Shown here one piece after another: positions 30,119 through 40,246 of a stretch of DNA of 55,616 nucleotides (the stretch's first letter is position 1; every line of letters begins with the position of its first letter). The notes beneath the pieces were generated by a model. The model did not search any database and had not been told where the DNA came from. It saw nothing but the letters and a program-made list of their open reading frames with translations. Made by a program: the position numbers and the translations under genes. The stretch is taken from NCBI GenBank assembly GCA_024277995.1, contig JAJRUD010000116.1:1-55616 (forward strand), in the 5' to 3' direction. This DNA comes from Chloroflexota bacterium (lineage in GTDB: Bacteria; Chloroflexota; Anaerolineae; Anaerolineales; E44-bin32).

Positions 30119-31366
30119 TCAGGGGGCGTTCCGGGTGGGGCAGGGCACCTGCAGGCCGATGGCCATGGCAATAACCTCGACGGGATGATAGGCAGGAAGC
30201 CCGGTGTGCGCGTTGAGCCACCAGCGGCACGTCTCGGAATCGGTGATGAGGAAATCGACTTCCGCGGATTGAGCCTGTTGGAAAAGAGGCGAACCTACCT
30301 GGCGGGCGGTGTCGTAGCGCTCGCGCTTGAGACCGTAGGTGCCGGCGACCCCGCAGCATTCATGCTCAGAGACGAGGATTTCGAGCCCCGGGATGTGCTG
30401 GAGCACCTCCAAGGCGGGCGTGCCGACCCCGTGCAGCCGGAGCTGGCAGGGCGGGTGATAGAGAGCGCGGGCGGAAAGAGCTTGGCACTCAAGCCTTGGG
30501 AGCCGGTCGGATGCACGCCAGAGGAGAAACTCAAAAAGGTCGAAGGTGGATTCGGCCAGAGCATCAAAGGTTTCGCTTCGCAAGTCGAGTATGGACCGGT
30601 AGTCGTGTTTGAGCGCCAGCGTGCACGAAGTCGAGGTGCCGACGATGGGGATGCCGGCTTCGATGACGGGTGCCAGGGAACCGGCGTTCTTGCGCGCGTA
30701 GCGGCGGGCGGCGTCGAGCAGACCGTTGGATTGCAGCGGCAGGCCGCAGCAGGTTTGGGGCGGCAGCACGACATTGAAGCCAAGCTGCTCGAGAAGGTGA
30801 ACCGTCATAATGCCAATGTGCGGCTCGTAGTGTTGGCTGCTGCAGCCGTGGAAATAGGCGATGGTGTCCGCCGGGAGACGAGGGATGCGGTCGGCGATCA
30901 CGCAGCGGTCGGCGAGCTGGCGGCGCAAGGTTCGCGGGGCAAAGGGAGGCAGGGGCGCCTCGCTGGCCACTCCGAGCAGGAGCTCCATGGTCTGGCGGAT
31001 GGGGCGCAGGCGAAGCGAGAGGTTGGCCAGGCCGGCGAGGGGGCGAGCGAGGCGAGCCAGGGTGGCCGGCCGGGAGATGATGTGGTCTCGTAGCGGCACG
31101 CCGCTCTGCTGTGCGTAATGAGCCTTGGCGACGATATTGACGTCGGCGACCGCGACGCCATGGGGGCAGACGCGCGAACACACCCCGCAGCCGGAGCAGA
31201 GGGCGATGGATCTCTCGCTCAGTTGCAGACGAGGGTGCCGGAAGCGTTGGGCCTGTGGGCCCACAGCTTTGGGGCCGGGGAAGGCATCGCTGACGGCGGC
31301 GACGGGGCAGGCAGCCGTGCAGATATTGCACTTGAGACAGGCGTCGATGGTGGGCAGGGGGATCAT
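30119..31366 (-). CDS. glpC: Anaerobic glycerol-3-phosphate dehydrogenase subunit C
   Basis: Two 4Fe-4S motifs (CLKCNICTAACP, CSGCGVCSRVCP), CCG domains, DSETCRW. Confidence 0.93.
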   Translation of the reverse strand: MIPLPTIDACLKCNICTAACPVAAVSDAFPGPKAVGPQAQRFRHPRLQLSERSIALCSGCGVCSRVCPHGVAVADVNIVAKAHYAQQSGVPLRDHIISRPATLARLARPLAGLANLSLRLRPIRQTMELLLGVASEAPLPPFAPRTLRRQLADRCVIADRIPRLPADTIAYFHGCSSQHYEPHIGIMTVHLLEQLGFNVVLPPQTCCGLPLQSNGLLDAARRYARKNAGSLAPVIEAGIPIVGTSTSCTLALKHDYRSILDLRSETFDALAESTFDLFEFLLWRASDRLPRLECQALSARALYHPPCQLRLHGVGTPALEVLQHIPGLEILVSEHECCGVAGTYGLKRERYDTARQVGSPLFQQAQSAEVDFLITDSETCRWWLNAHTGLPAYHPVEVIAMAIGLQVPCPTRNAP

Positions 31367-32592
31367 GCGAGCGCAGCCTCCACAGCGCAGTGCGCGGTGG
31401 CAAGGTCGATGCCCTGCCGGGATCCTTCGCGGCTTCGATCGGCGCCCGCAAGCAGGCTGCCGGCGGCGAAGAGGTTTTCGAAGGCGGGTTTGGCGTTGGC
31501 GCCAAGGGGGCGCATGTGCTGATCGACGTGCAAGCCGAAGAGGGCGTAAGGATGGGAGCCGAAGGGATCGCTGCCGAGCCAGCGCGTCCGGTCATCGTCG
31601 TGGGCGACAGGCAGGTCGAAGACGGATTCCTGGACGCGCCCGTCCTCGTGGAATACGAGACCGCCATTGAGGACCCCGCCTGTGGCGAGGATGACGGCAT
31701 CGGCAGCGATGAGCCTGGGGCCCCCCGCCGTCTGCAGGACGACGCCCGAGACGAGTTGTCCGCCCGATCGGCCGTCGACGCGGCCGACAGCCCTCGATCC
31801 CTCGATGATCTGGACACCTGCCGAGGAGAGCGAGCGGCGAAGGGCGCGCTCCAGGCGGATACCGGGGAGCGACGGGGGCAGTGTGGGGATCTCGGATATC
31901 GTCAGAGCGAGAAGATCCTGCAGTTCTTGCCAGACGATGAAGTTGTGCTCAAGGCCGAGGACGGCCGGAAGGGCAAGGTGGCGCACACCCGTCAGGCGCG
32001 GTTTCCAGGACCGGGCAAGCTCGCGGCGCCATTCGGGCGTTTCGAACAGGCGGGCCAGGTCGGTGGCGAAACGCTCGCGTCCTGGCGGGAGTTCGATGAG
32101 CGGAAGGGTGAGGCAGTCTTGGATGTCGGCGCCTTGACGCTGGAGCCCCGAGGCAACGAGGTGGGGACTGAAGTCGAAAAAGCCTTCGAACCCCGCCACG
32201 ACGATCGGCTCGGCGCGGTTCAGATCGCCGGCGGCGAGGGAGAACGGGGCGAGCGCGGTCAGGTGGGCCGTGCCCAGGGCAGTGATGAGGCGGTGATTGC
32301 GCGAGGGTGCGCCGTGGTACTCGATCCCCTGCCGGTCGAGGAGGTAGATGAAGTCGGCGAGAGCGGATTGCAGCCGCGGGAAGCCGCCGGCGAGGGCATA
32401 GGGATGAGGGTGTCTCAGGCGGCGGATGGAGCGTGAAGGCGACTTGGTGGCCCACAGGTCGATGCAGCCGTGGCTGAGCGCCAGCGAGCCTCGGCCGCGT
32501 GCGACCAGGGTGACGCGGGCGCCGCGTGCGGCGGCCAGTGCAGCCGCGAAGAGGCCCGTCAGGCCGGCGCCCACGACGATAAGGTGTTTCAA
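31363..32592 (-). CDS. glpB: Anaerobic glycerol-3-phosphate dehydrogenase subunit B
   Basis: TTG start overlaps the glpA stop; IVVGAGLTG, EIPTLPPSLPGIRL, ILATGG, NLFAAG. Confidence 0.9.
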   Translation of the reverse strand: MKHLIVVGAGLTGLFAAALAAARGARVTLVARGRGSLALSHGCIDLWATKSPSRSIRRLRHPHPYALAGGFPRLQSALADFIYLLDRQGIEYHGAPSRNHRLITALGTAHLTALAPFSLAAGDLNRAEPIVVAGFEGFFDFSPHLVASGLQRQGADIQDCLTLPLIELPPGRERFATDLARLFETPEWRRELARSWKPRLTGVRHLALPAVLGLEHNFIVWQELQDLLALTISEIPTLPPSLPGIRLERALRRSLSSAGVQIIEGSRAVGRVDGRSGGQLVSGVVLQTAGGPRLIAADAVILATGGVLNGGLVFHEDGRVQESVFDLPVAHDDDRTRWLGSDPFGSHPYALFGLHVDQHMRPLGANAKPAFENLFAAGSLLAGADRSREGSRQGIDLATAHCAVEAALA

Positions 32593-34139
32593 TCTGTCAC
32601 CTCGGCGTGCAGAAGGTCGACGTAAACACGGTGTTGCAGGGCCATCTGGCGCAGGGTCGTGCCCCAGGCGAGCGGAGACAGGCCGCGAGAGCGCTCGGAA
32701 GCGAAGGCGTGCAGTGCCTGTTGGGGTGTCTGGGCCCCCGCGCCAACCTCGGCCAGGACTGCCGCTGCACGATAGGCGCAGAAGGTTCCCTGGCAGGGGC
32801 CCATTCCCAGGCGGAGATCGCGCATCAAATCGGCCAGTTCGGCCACGTCGCCGCCTTGCAGGGCAGTGAGCACCTCTCCCTTGGACACCACCTCGCATTC
32901 GCAAAGCAGGTCGGGGTGACCGGTTGCCCGGGCGCTCTCGATTGAAGTCAGGCGGGCGGGAAGCGAGTAATGGCGACGATGGCCGGGCTGGAGAGGCGTC
33001 TCTGCGGTAAGCGACGGAGACCGGATGCCGAGGCGGCGGCAGATGAGATCGACCGTCTGCTCGGCCATGAGGCGGAAGGTAGTGAGCTTTCCGCCGAAAA
33101 CGGAGATGAGGCCGCCCAGCGAATCGTTTTCGGCATGGTCGAGGATGATGTGGCCACGCGTGATGCTCCGGTTGTTGATGGCCTCCACTTCTTGAGGGCG
33201 ATAGAGCGGACGGATGCCAGCCCAGGCGCGCAGCGGACGGTACTGTGAGAGGGAGGGTATGAGGATCTCGCCTTCGGCGAGCAGCAGGTCGATCTCCCAG
33301 GGTTCGATGGAGCGCTGCTCTGGGGAAGAGACCGGCACATCCGTGGTCCCCAGAACGTTGACCGTATCGACCGGCACGATGATGTCGCCATCGGATGGAG
33401 GTTTGCAGCGGTTGATGACGGTATTGACGACGCGGGAAGCCATGGCGATCAGGGTGCCCTTGCCGAGGGTCAACGGTATGTGAAGGCCTGCCAGGGCGGC
33501 CACGGCGGCGGTCCAGGGGCCGGTGGCGTTGACCACGACATCGGCCAGTATGCTGAACTCCTCGCCCTGCGCGAGGGGGCGCACCCGGGCGCCGACGACG
33601 GCCTGGCGCGCTATCAGGAGAGCGACGACCTGGTGCCAGAGCAGGACCTGGCAGCCGCTGGAGCGCACAGATTCGGTGAGGGCGTGGAGCAGGTGAAAGG
33701 AGTTGAGCGAGGCGTCGTTGACGTAGAAAGCGCGGGAGATCCTGGGATTCAACATGGGCTCGCGACGCAGGGCCTGGGCGGGGGTGATCTCCTGGGCGGG
33801 GACATTGCACCGACCGCAGGCTTCGAGCCAGCGGTCGGCGAATTGCGGGGGGTCGGCCGGGGTGGAGACGAAGAGGCCGCCGGTGTCCTCGATGGCTGCG
33901 GGGATGATGCGGCGCAGGATGGCGTTCTCGCGCGCGCAGTCGCGCGCCGAATGCGGGTCTGAGGTAACGTAGCGACCACCAGAATGGAGCAGTCCATGGT
34001 ATCGGCCGGAAGTGCCCTGGGCGAGGTCGCCTTGCTCGAGGAGGATGACTTTCAGGCCGCGCAGCGCGGCATCCCAGGCGATGCCGAGGCCGGTGGCGCC
34101 TCCTCCGATGACCAGGACCTGAGTGGAAAGGGTTGGCAT
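32589..34139 (-). CDS. glpA: Anaerobic glycerol-3-phosphate dehydrogenase subunit A
   Basis: IGGGATG, GTSGRYHGLLHSGGRY, GGKLTT, C-terminal CECE and GMGPCQGTFC. Confidence 0.94.
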   Translation of the reverse strand: MPTLSTQVLVIGGGATGLGIAWDAALRGLKVILLEQGDLAQGTSGRYHGLLHSGGRYVTSDPHSARDCARENAILRRIIPAAIEDTGGLFVSTPADPPQFADRWLEACGRCNVPAQEITPAQALRREPMLNPRISRAFYVNDASLNSFHLLHALTESVRSSGCQVLLWHQVVALLIARQAVVGARVRPLAQGEEFSILADVVVNATGPWTAAVAALAGLHIPLTLGKGTLIAMASRVVNTVINRCKPPSDGDIIVPVDTVNVLGTTDVPVSSPEQRSIEPWEIDLLLAEGEILIPSLSQYRPLRAWAGIRPLYRPQEVEAINNRSITRGHIILDHAENDSLGGLISVFGGKLTTFRLMAEQTVDLICRRLGIRSPSLTAETPLQPGHRRHYSLPARLTSIESARATGHPDLLCECEVVSKGEVLTALQGGDVAELADLMRDLRLGMGPCQGTFCAYRAAAVLAEVGAGAQTPQQALHAFASERSRGLSPLAWGTTLRQMALQHRVYVDLLHAEVTD

Positions 34140-34218
34140 AGGCTATATGGGCCGGTGGACGGACAGGAGGCGGGGGCGGGCAGGGCGTGGGGACATGGAT
34201 GCCTCCAAGAGTCGACGG

Positions 34219-34713
34219 TCACTTATCGGATGGGATATCGGGAGGCGTGGTGGGCGCGTCCGCTTTGCGGACGCCTGCCAGGTCGCGAACGAACTCGAGG
34301 GTGGTGGCTTCCTGCTGATACCCCATGGCGACATAGAAGGCGTGGGCCTCACTGCGGACGACGTCTGTGCGCAGGAGCAGTCGTGCCCGGCCGGATTGGC
34401 GGGCCCAGGTTTCGGCTGCGGTGATCAGGTGGCGGCCGACGCCGCGCCGGCGGTGATGGGGTTGCACGGCGATTGCGACGACCTCGGCGGTCTCGTCGTT
34501 GATCAGGTCGTGCGCCACGCGCAAGTGCGCATAGCCAACAAGCTGATCTCCTTCGACGGCCAATAACAATCGATCCTCCCTCGGCAATTCCTCAAGACGA
34601 CGGCGAAGCGTAGCGACTCTCACGGGGAAGCCGATGGCCTCGTGAAGATCGGCCAACTGGACGAGGTAGGCCTCAGGTGGGTGGCGGGTGCGTATGATCT
34701 GCAAGTGAATCAT
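34219..34713 (-). CDS. GNAT family N-acetyltransferase
   Basis: AVQPHHRRRGVGRHL, AHAFYVAMGY. Confidence 0.9.
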   Translation of the reverse strand: MIHLQIIRTRHPPEAYLVQLADLHEAIGFPVRVATLRRRLEELPREDRLLLAVEGDQLVGYAHLRVAHDLINDETAEVVAIAVQPHHRRRGVGRHLITAAETWARQSGRARLLLRTDVVRSEAHAFYVAMGYQQEATTLEFVRDLAGVRKADAPTTPPDIPSDK

Positions 34714-34828
34714 CCCCGGAGGTTATTGTACATGATCAGATCGTCTTGCGCGATGGCTGGCGAGAGACGCTGATGGTCGGCCCACGTGGGGAGCGGCAGG
34801 GCGAGGAGGTGCGCACAAGGCTCATGGA

Positions 34829-35755
34829 TCAAGGCTCGGGGTCGATGCAGCTGGAGGGGAGGTGATGCAGCCCTCGCAGGAAGGCGTCGCCCGGCATGGG
34901 TTTCCTGCCTGCCGGTTGGACGAGCTCCAGCACGAGAAGGCCCTGCGCCGTTACCAGTGCAGGCGCGTCATCGACGATGGTCAGGGAGCCAGGCGAACCA
35001 GCGCCAGGCCTGGCCGAGGCGCGCAGAACGCGGATGCGCCTTCCCAGCAGGCCGAAATATGACCCCGGCCATGGCTCGAAGGCCCTTACCTGGCGGGCGA
35101 GAAGGTCGGCGGGTTTGCTGGGATCGAGCCAGCCATCGCGCTTGCGGAGCAGGGGGGCATACGTTGCGGCAGCATGGTCTTGCGGTTGTGGCGACAGATC
35201 GCCGGCCGCATAGGCGGGCAGGGTTTGCGTGAGTAGTTCGGCCCCCATTCGAGCAAGGCGTTCAGAGAGCTGCCCGCCCGTCTCGTTGGGGGCGATGGGC
35301 GTCTCCTGTTGCGCGAGAATGGGACCGGTGTCCAGCCCCTCGTCCATCTTCATGATGGTCACGCCTGTGATGCGGTCGCCGTGCAGGATGGCGGCCTGGA
35401 CGGGTGAGGCGCCGCGCCAGCGCGGCAGGAGCGAGGCGTGAACGTTCAGGCAGCCCAGGGGGGGCAGGGACAGGACCTCCGGCTTGAGGATCTGGCCATA
35501 TGCTGCGACGACGATGACATCTGGCGCCCAGGCATGGAGCTGCTGGAAGGCGTCAGGGTGACTGAGGCGGGGAGGCTGGATCAGGGGGATGCCGTGCTCG
35601 CTGGCAGCCTGCTTGACGGGCGGGGAGCGCAGCTTGCGGCCGCGCCCTGAGGGCCGATCGGGCTGGGTGACTACGCCCACGACGTCGGTGTGTTGTGTCA
35701 AGGCCGCCAGTGCGGGCAGGGCGAACTCCGGGGAGCCCATGAAGACGACGCGCAT
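34829..35755 (-). CDS. fmt: Methionyl-tRNA formyltransferase
   Basis: FMGSPEFA, VVTQPDRP, VAAYG, NVHASLLPRWRGASP, GLDTG. Confidence 0.96.
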   Translation of the reverse strand: MRVVFMGSPEFALPALAALTQHTDVVGVVTQPDRPSGRGRKLRSPPVKQAASEHGIPLIQPPRLSHPDAFQQLHAWAPDVIVVAAYGQILKPEVLSLPPLGCLNVHASLLPRWRGASPVQAAILHGDRITGVTIMKMDEGLDTGPILAQQETPIAPNETGGQLSERLARMGAELLTQTLPAYAAGDLSPQPQDHAAATYAPLLRKRDGWLDPSKPADLLARQVRAFEPWPGSYFGLLGRRIRVLRASARPGAGSPGSLTIVDDAPALVTAQGLLVLELVQPAGRKPMPGDAFLRGLHHLPSSCIDPEP

Positions 35756-35926
35756 GTTGCTATCCTAGCACGGAAGACGCATGAGGAGAATTGCAACCAA
35801 GAGGAGGTATGGGGGTTATACAAAGTGAGCTTGCGCTAGCAGGAAGGATCGCTACAATAGGTGCATGCTTGAGATCCGGGGGATAGGCCTCGGGAAAGCC
35901 AAATCATCTACGGAGGATAGAGAGCC

Positions 35927-36253
35927 ATGAGCGAAGAACCGCAAGTAACCAGCGACGACAAGCTCTGGGCGGCATTGGGGTATCCGATACCCCTTATCGC
36001 CATCATCGTGCTTTTCATGGAGGAGAAGAAAGCGCGTCCATTCATCAAGTTCCATGCTGTTCAAGCCCTGGTGTTCAACGTTGCCCTGTGGGTGCTGATC
36101 CTTGTGCTGAGCACCGTCACCCTGGGTTTCGGGGCGATCTGCGCGCCTCTGCTGTGGCTGGTAACGCTTTGGCCGGCCTTTGACTCCTACAAGGGCAACT
36201 ACACGGAAGTGCCCGTTATCACCAACTTCATCAAGAACCAGGGCTGGGCATAA
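35927..36253 (+). CDS. DUF4870-like small membrane protein
   Basis: DDKLWAALGY, FIKFHAVQAL, 3 TM segments. Confidence 0.85.
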   Translation: MSEEPQVTSDDKLWAALGYPIPLIAIIVLFMEEKKARPFIKFHAVQALVFNVALWVLILVLSTVTLGFGAICAPLLWLVTLWPAFDSYKGNYTEVPVITNFIKNQGWA

Positions 36254-36271
36254 CCCAGGTTGGGGACATAT

Positions 36272-36300
36272 ACGGGGCCCGCGCATGCGGGCCCCGTTTC
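36272..36300 (+). terminator. Hairpin/terminator between the DUF4870 gene and recJ
   Basis: ACGGGGCCCGC-GCAT-GCGGGCCCCGT followed by TTC. Confidence 0.6.
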
Positions 36301-36323
36301 TCGTCGCCCACCTGCCATAAACC

Positions 36324-38018
36324 ATGATATCGGCGCGCAACGCAAAATGGTCCATCGCTGAAGGGCCTCCCAAGCACGTCCGTCAGAGGCTGACGGACTT
36401 CGCGCCGTTGATGCAGCGCATTCTCTACCTGCGCGGCATTAGCTCCAACGAGGAGGCCGGCGTCTTCCTGGACCCAGAGGGTGGAAAGATTCATGACCCG
36501 CATGAGCTGAAAGGCGTTGAAGAGGCGGCTCGTAGGGTGTTGCAGGCCGTCGACCGCGGTGAGCAGATCGCCGTCTACGGGGACTATGACGTGGACGGTG
36601 TAACGGCGACGGCCCTCGTGATCGAGCTGCTGCGTGGGCTGGGTGCTGAGGACGTTCGAGCCTATATCCCCAATCGGTTCGATGAGGGGTATGGACTGAG
36701 CAAGACGTCGCTGACGAGGCTGAGGGACGAGGGTGTGAGCCTGGTGATCACGGTGGATTGCGGTGTGCGCGCCGTGGAGGAAATCGAACACGCGCGGGGC
36801 CTGGGAGTGGACGTCGTGATCACCGACCATCACAACCCCGGCCACGATCTGCCGGCGGCGGCCGCGGTGGTGAACCCGAAACAAGCGGGGGATGCGTATC
36901 CGTTCAAAGAGCTTTCCGGTGTGGGACTGGCGTACAAACTGGGACAGGTCATGGCGGATCTGAAGGGGGAGGCGGTTGACGAGAGCCTGTTGGAGCTGGT
37001 GGCCTTGGGCACGGTGGCGGACGTTGCGCCGCTCATCGATGAGAATCGGGCGCTGGTAGCGCGCGGGCTGCATTTCCTCAACAGAACCAGGCGGTCGGGA
37101 TTGGTGGCGTTGGCGGGAGAGGCCGGGTTGAGGTCTGGCGAGATACGCGCGTCTTCGATTGGGTTTGGTCTGGGGCCGCGCATGAACGCCGCCGGAAGGC
37201 TGGAGACGGCGACGACGGCGCTCGATCTGCTCCTGTGTGATGACAGGACAAGCGGCGAGCGCTTCGCACGCGAACTCGATCTCATGAATCAGCGACGGCA
37301 GCGCATTACCGAGAAGATGGTTGAGCGTGCACGCGAGCTGATCAGAGAGCGGCCGGAGTCAATCCCGCTGCTGTTTGTGATCGACCGCGATTTCCACCAG
37401 GGCGTGCTGGGTCTGGCGGCGTCGCGCCTGATGGACGAGTACTATCGGCCGGCGATCGTGGGCTGGGATAACGGGACCGTGGTGCGCGCGTCAGCGCGCA
37501 GCATCCCCGGCTTTGACATCACGCGCGCTCTCGATGGAGCTGCGCATCTCTTTGAGCGCTACGGCGGTCACGCCGCGGCGGCCGGGTTCACCGTTCGGCG
37601 GGAGCGGCTGGGCGCAGTGCGTCAGCACCTGGCTGAAAGGGCCGTGGAGGTTCTCGGGGAAGAGGCGCCGCAGCGCCGACTGACGGCGGACGCCGAGGTC
37701 ACCTTCGCAGACCTGGATGCCGAATTGCTGCGTTTCGTTGAGTCTTTGGAGCCGACGGGCTTTGCCAATCCGGTGCCGATGTTCTGCGCGCGAGGCGTGG
37801 ACGTACTGGATGCGCGGGCGGTGGGGCAGGGAAAACACCTCAAGATGACCCTGGCGCAAGATCGGCGCGGCTTCGACGCGATCGCCTTTCGCATGGGGGA
37901 GTTCAGCGCGCGGATGCCGCGCAAGGTGGATCTGATGTTTCACTTTGAACGCAATGTATATCGGGGAGTGGAGAGCATGCAATTGCGCGTGGTCGATCTG
38001 AAACCTGCGGGCGCCTAG
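36324..38018 (+). CDS. recJ: Single-stranded DNA exonuclease RecJ
   Basis: GDYDVDG, EGYG, TVDCG, TDHH, GTVADV, PRMNAAGRL, GGHAAAAG. Confidence 0.96.
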   Translation: MISARNAKWSIAEGPPKHVRQRLTDFAPLMQRILYLRGISSNEEAGVFLDPEGGKIHDPHELKGVEEAARRVLQAVDRGEQIAVYGDYDVDGVTATALVIELLRGLGAEDVRAYIPNRFDEGYGLSKTSLTRLRDEGVSLVITVDCGVRAVEEIEHARGLGVDVVITDHHNPGHDLPAAAAVVNPKQAGDAYPFKELSGVGLAYKLGQVMADLKGEAVDESLLELVALGTVADVAPLIDENRALVARGLHFLNRTRRSGLVALAGEAGLRSGEIRASSIGFGLGPRMNAAGRLETATTALDLLLCDDRTSGERFARELDLMNQRRQRITEKMVERARELIRERPESIPLLFVIDRDFHQGVLGLAASRLMDEYYRPAIVGWDNGTVVRASARSIPGFDITRALDGAAHLFERYGGHAAAAGFTVRRERLGAVRQHLAERAVEVLGEEAPQRRLTADAEVTFADLDAELLRFVESLEPTGFANPVPMFCARGVDVLDARAVGQGKHLKMTLAQDRRGFDAIAFRMGEFSARMPRKVDLMFHFERNVYRGVESMQLRVVDLKPAGA

Positions 38019-38701
38019 TCGCGAAAACGATACTTCAGCAAGGTCCAGACGGCCTCAAAAGCATCCCGCATGCCGATCTTCTTCCCCTCGTGGTATTCGC
38101 GGGGATTGAAAGAGATCGGAACCTCGAAAATGCGTATCTTGCGCTTGAGGAGCTTGGCGGTGACCTCTGGTTCGAAGTCGAAGCGCTTGGCGTTCAGGGG
38201 GATATCTTGGATGACCTCTCTGCGGAAGAGCTTATAGCCCGTCTCCATATCGGAAAGGATACTGTTGTACAGGATGTTGGTCATGAAGGTCAGCAGTTTG
38301 TTGGCGATCATGTGCCAGAACATCGTCGGGCGGCGGGGAGCTCCCAGGAAGCGGGATCCGAAGACGACATCGGCTCTATCCTCGTCGATGGGTTTCAGCA
38401 GGATCGGGTAGTCGCGCGGGTCGTATTCGAGATCGGCATCTTGGATAAGGATCAAGTCGCCGCGGGCGGCCTCGATGCCGGTGCGGACGGCGGCACCCTT
38501 TCCCTGATTCCGCTCGTGCATGATGAGCCGCAAGCGGTCGCTCTTCGCCGAGAGGGATTGAAGGATTTCTCTGCTTCCATCGACGGAGCCATCGTCGACG
38601 ACGATGATCTCATCTGCCATCCCGGTCGCCTCGACGCGACGCAGGATCTCTTCAATGGTCTGGCGCTCGTTATAGACGGGAATGACCACGCTGAGTTTCA
38701 T
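38015..38701 (-). CDS. GT2 glycosyltransferase (polyprenol-phosphate glycosyltransferase-like)
   Basis: LSVVIPVYNE, VDDGSVDG, GKGAA, QDADLEY, DMETGYK. Confidence 0.92.
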   Translation of the reverse strand: MKLSVVIPVYNERQTIEEILRRVEATGMADEIIVVDDGSVDGSREILQSLSAKSDRLRLIMHERNQGKGAAVRTGIEAARGDLILIQDADLEYDPRDYPILLKPIDEDRADVVFGSRFLGAPRRPTMFWHMIANKLLTFMTNILYNSILSDMETGYKLFRREVIQDIPLNAKRFDFEPEVTAKLLKRKIRIFEVPISFNPREYHEGKKIGMRDAFEAVWTLLKYRFRD

Positions 38702-38888
38702 GGGCGGGATTGTACTAGGGGAAAAGGCCTGGCACAAGTGGACTGTTGCCCCTTGGCTAACCCGCATATATAATCCAGCCGGTGTTTGAGGCCGGAGGTT
38801 GGGGATACATGTATCGGAAGGCGACGCGTAGCATCAGAGGATGGAATACGAGAAATGACGCGGTCTTGGTTGCCTATGGAGGCGAGTG

Positions 38889-40244
38889 ATGTCCCTTCCT
38901 AGAACTCCTGCGCGCTCGGCATCGGCGCCAGCGGGAGGGCGCTCGACTACGTCGAGCCTGCGCTTTGTCCCCCCACCAGTCAGTCGCGTGGAGGACACGG
39001 GGCTCTCGCAGCTATGGCTGCAGGACCTGGCGCTGAAGATCCTGTATTTCCGGGGATACCTGACGGGCTTCAACATCGCGGAGGCGATGGCGCTCCCCTT
39101 TGCAGGCCTGGTTGATCAGATCCTGGATGCCCTGAAGAAAGAGAAGTTCGTCGAAGTGAAGACGCAGATGGGATTTGGTGAGGGTTCATACCAATATGCC
39201 ATCACAGGGGCCGGGATCGCGCGCGCCCGAGAGGCCCTGGAACGCTCGCAGTATGCGGGGCCGGCACCGGTGCCGCTCGCCGTCTACAACGACGCCATAC
39301 GACGTCAGAGTCGCGGCAGGCCTACTGTGCACCCGCGCGCGATGCGCCAGGCTCTGGTCGACCTTGTGCTTTCCGAAACCACCTTCAACCGCATCGGGCC
39401 GGCGGTCAACTCTGGCACCTCCATCTTCCTCTACGGCCCGCCCGGAAATGGTAAAACTTCCATCGCGCGCGCCATCGGGCGCATGATCCTCGAAGAGGAC
39501 ATGTTCATCCCCTTCGCGATCGATATTGACGGGCAGGTCGTCAAGCTCTACGACTCGGTCAACCACGTCCTCTCGGAGGAGGATGAGGTCACCTCATCTG
39601 GCACCGGGACTTTGAAGACAGGTGCCAAGCGGGACCCGCGCTGGGTGAAGATACGCAGACCATTCGTGGTCGTAGGTGGCGAGTTGACCATGGCGGGGTT
39701 GGATCTGGTCTTTGACGACGTCAACAAATTCTACGAAGCCCCCTTCCAGGTGAAGGCCAACGGCGGCGTGTTGTTGATTGATGACTTCGGGCGCCAGCAG
39801 GTGCGACCGCGCGATCTGCTCAACCGATGGATCGTGCCGCTGGAAAATCGCATCGACTATCTCACCCTGCACACAGGGCGCAAGGTTGAGGTGCCCTTCG
39901 ACGTGATGGTGGTCTTCTCTACGAACCTGCCGCCCAAGGACCTGGTGGACGAGGCTTTCTTGCGGCGATTACGGCACAAGATCGAGGTCGGGGACCCATC
40001 TTACGAGTCCTACCGCAAGATCTTCAAGCGGGTGGCCGAGGGCAAGGGCGTGACGTATTCGGATCGGGGGTTGGCCTACTTGCTCCAGGAATGGTACATC
40101 AAACGCAATCGGAAGCTGAGGGCCTCGCACCCGCGCGACATCTGCGATCAGATCCTGGACATCTCGCGTTACATGAACGTCGAGCCCGCCATGACGAAAG
40201 AGCTCATCGACCGGGCGGCGAGCGCGTATTTCGTCGAACTGTAA
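38889..40244 (+). CDS. AAA+ family ATPase with N-terminal winged-helix-like region
   Basis: Walker A GPPGNGKT, Walker B LLIDD, FSTN, DEAFLRR. Confidence 0.88.
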   Translation: MSLPRTPARSASAPAGGRSTTSSLRFVPPPVSRVEDTGLSQLWLQDLALKILYFRGYLTGFNIAEAMALPFAGLVDQILDALKKEKFVEVKTQMGFGEGSYQYAITGAGIARAREALERSQYAGPAPVPLAVYNDAIRRQSRGRPTVHPRAMRQALVDLVLSETTFNRIGPAVNSGTSIFLYGPPGNGKTSIARAIGRMILEEDMFIPFAIDIDGQVVKLYDSVNHVLSEEDEVTSSGTGTLKTGAKRDPRWVKIRRPFVVVGGELTMAGLDLVFDDVNKFYEAPFQVKANGGVLLIDDFGRQQVRPRDLLNRWIVPLENRIDYLTLHTGRKVEVPFDVMVVFSTNLPPKDLVDEAFLRRLRHKIEVGDPSYESYRKIFKRVAEGKGVTYSDRGLAYLLQEWYIKRNRKLRASHPRDICDQILDISRYMNVEPAMTKELIDRAASAYFVEL

Positions 40245-40246
40245 CC

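Noticed and set aside
29363-31093. 576-aa + strand ORF, and many similar antisense ORFs in the track
   Set aside because: Shadow frames opposite well-supported genes, expected at high GC, with no recognisable motifs.
32593-33810. 815-aa ORF suggesting a long N-terminal extension of GlpB
   Set aside because: The extension overlaps glpA out of frame and is low-complexity R/P-rich; the FAD motif starts at TTG 32592.
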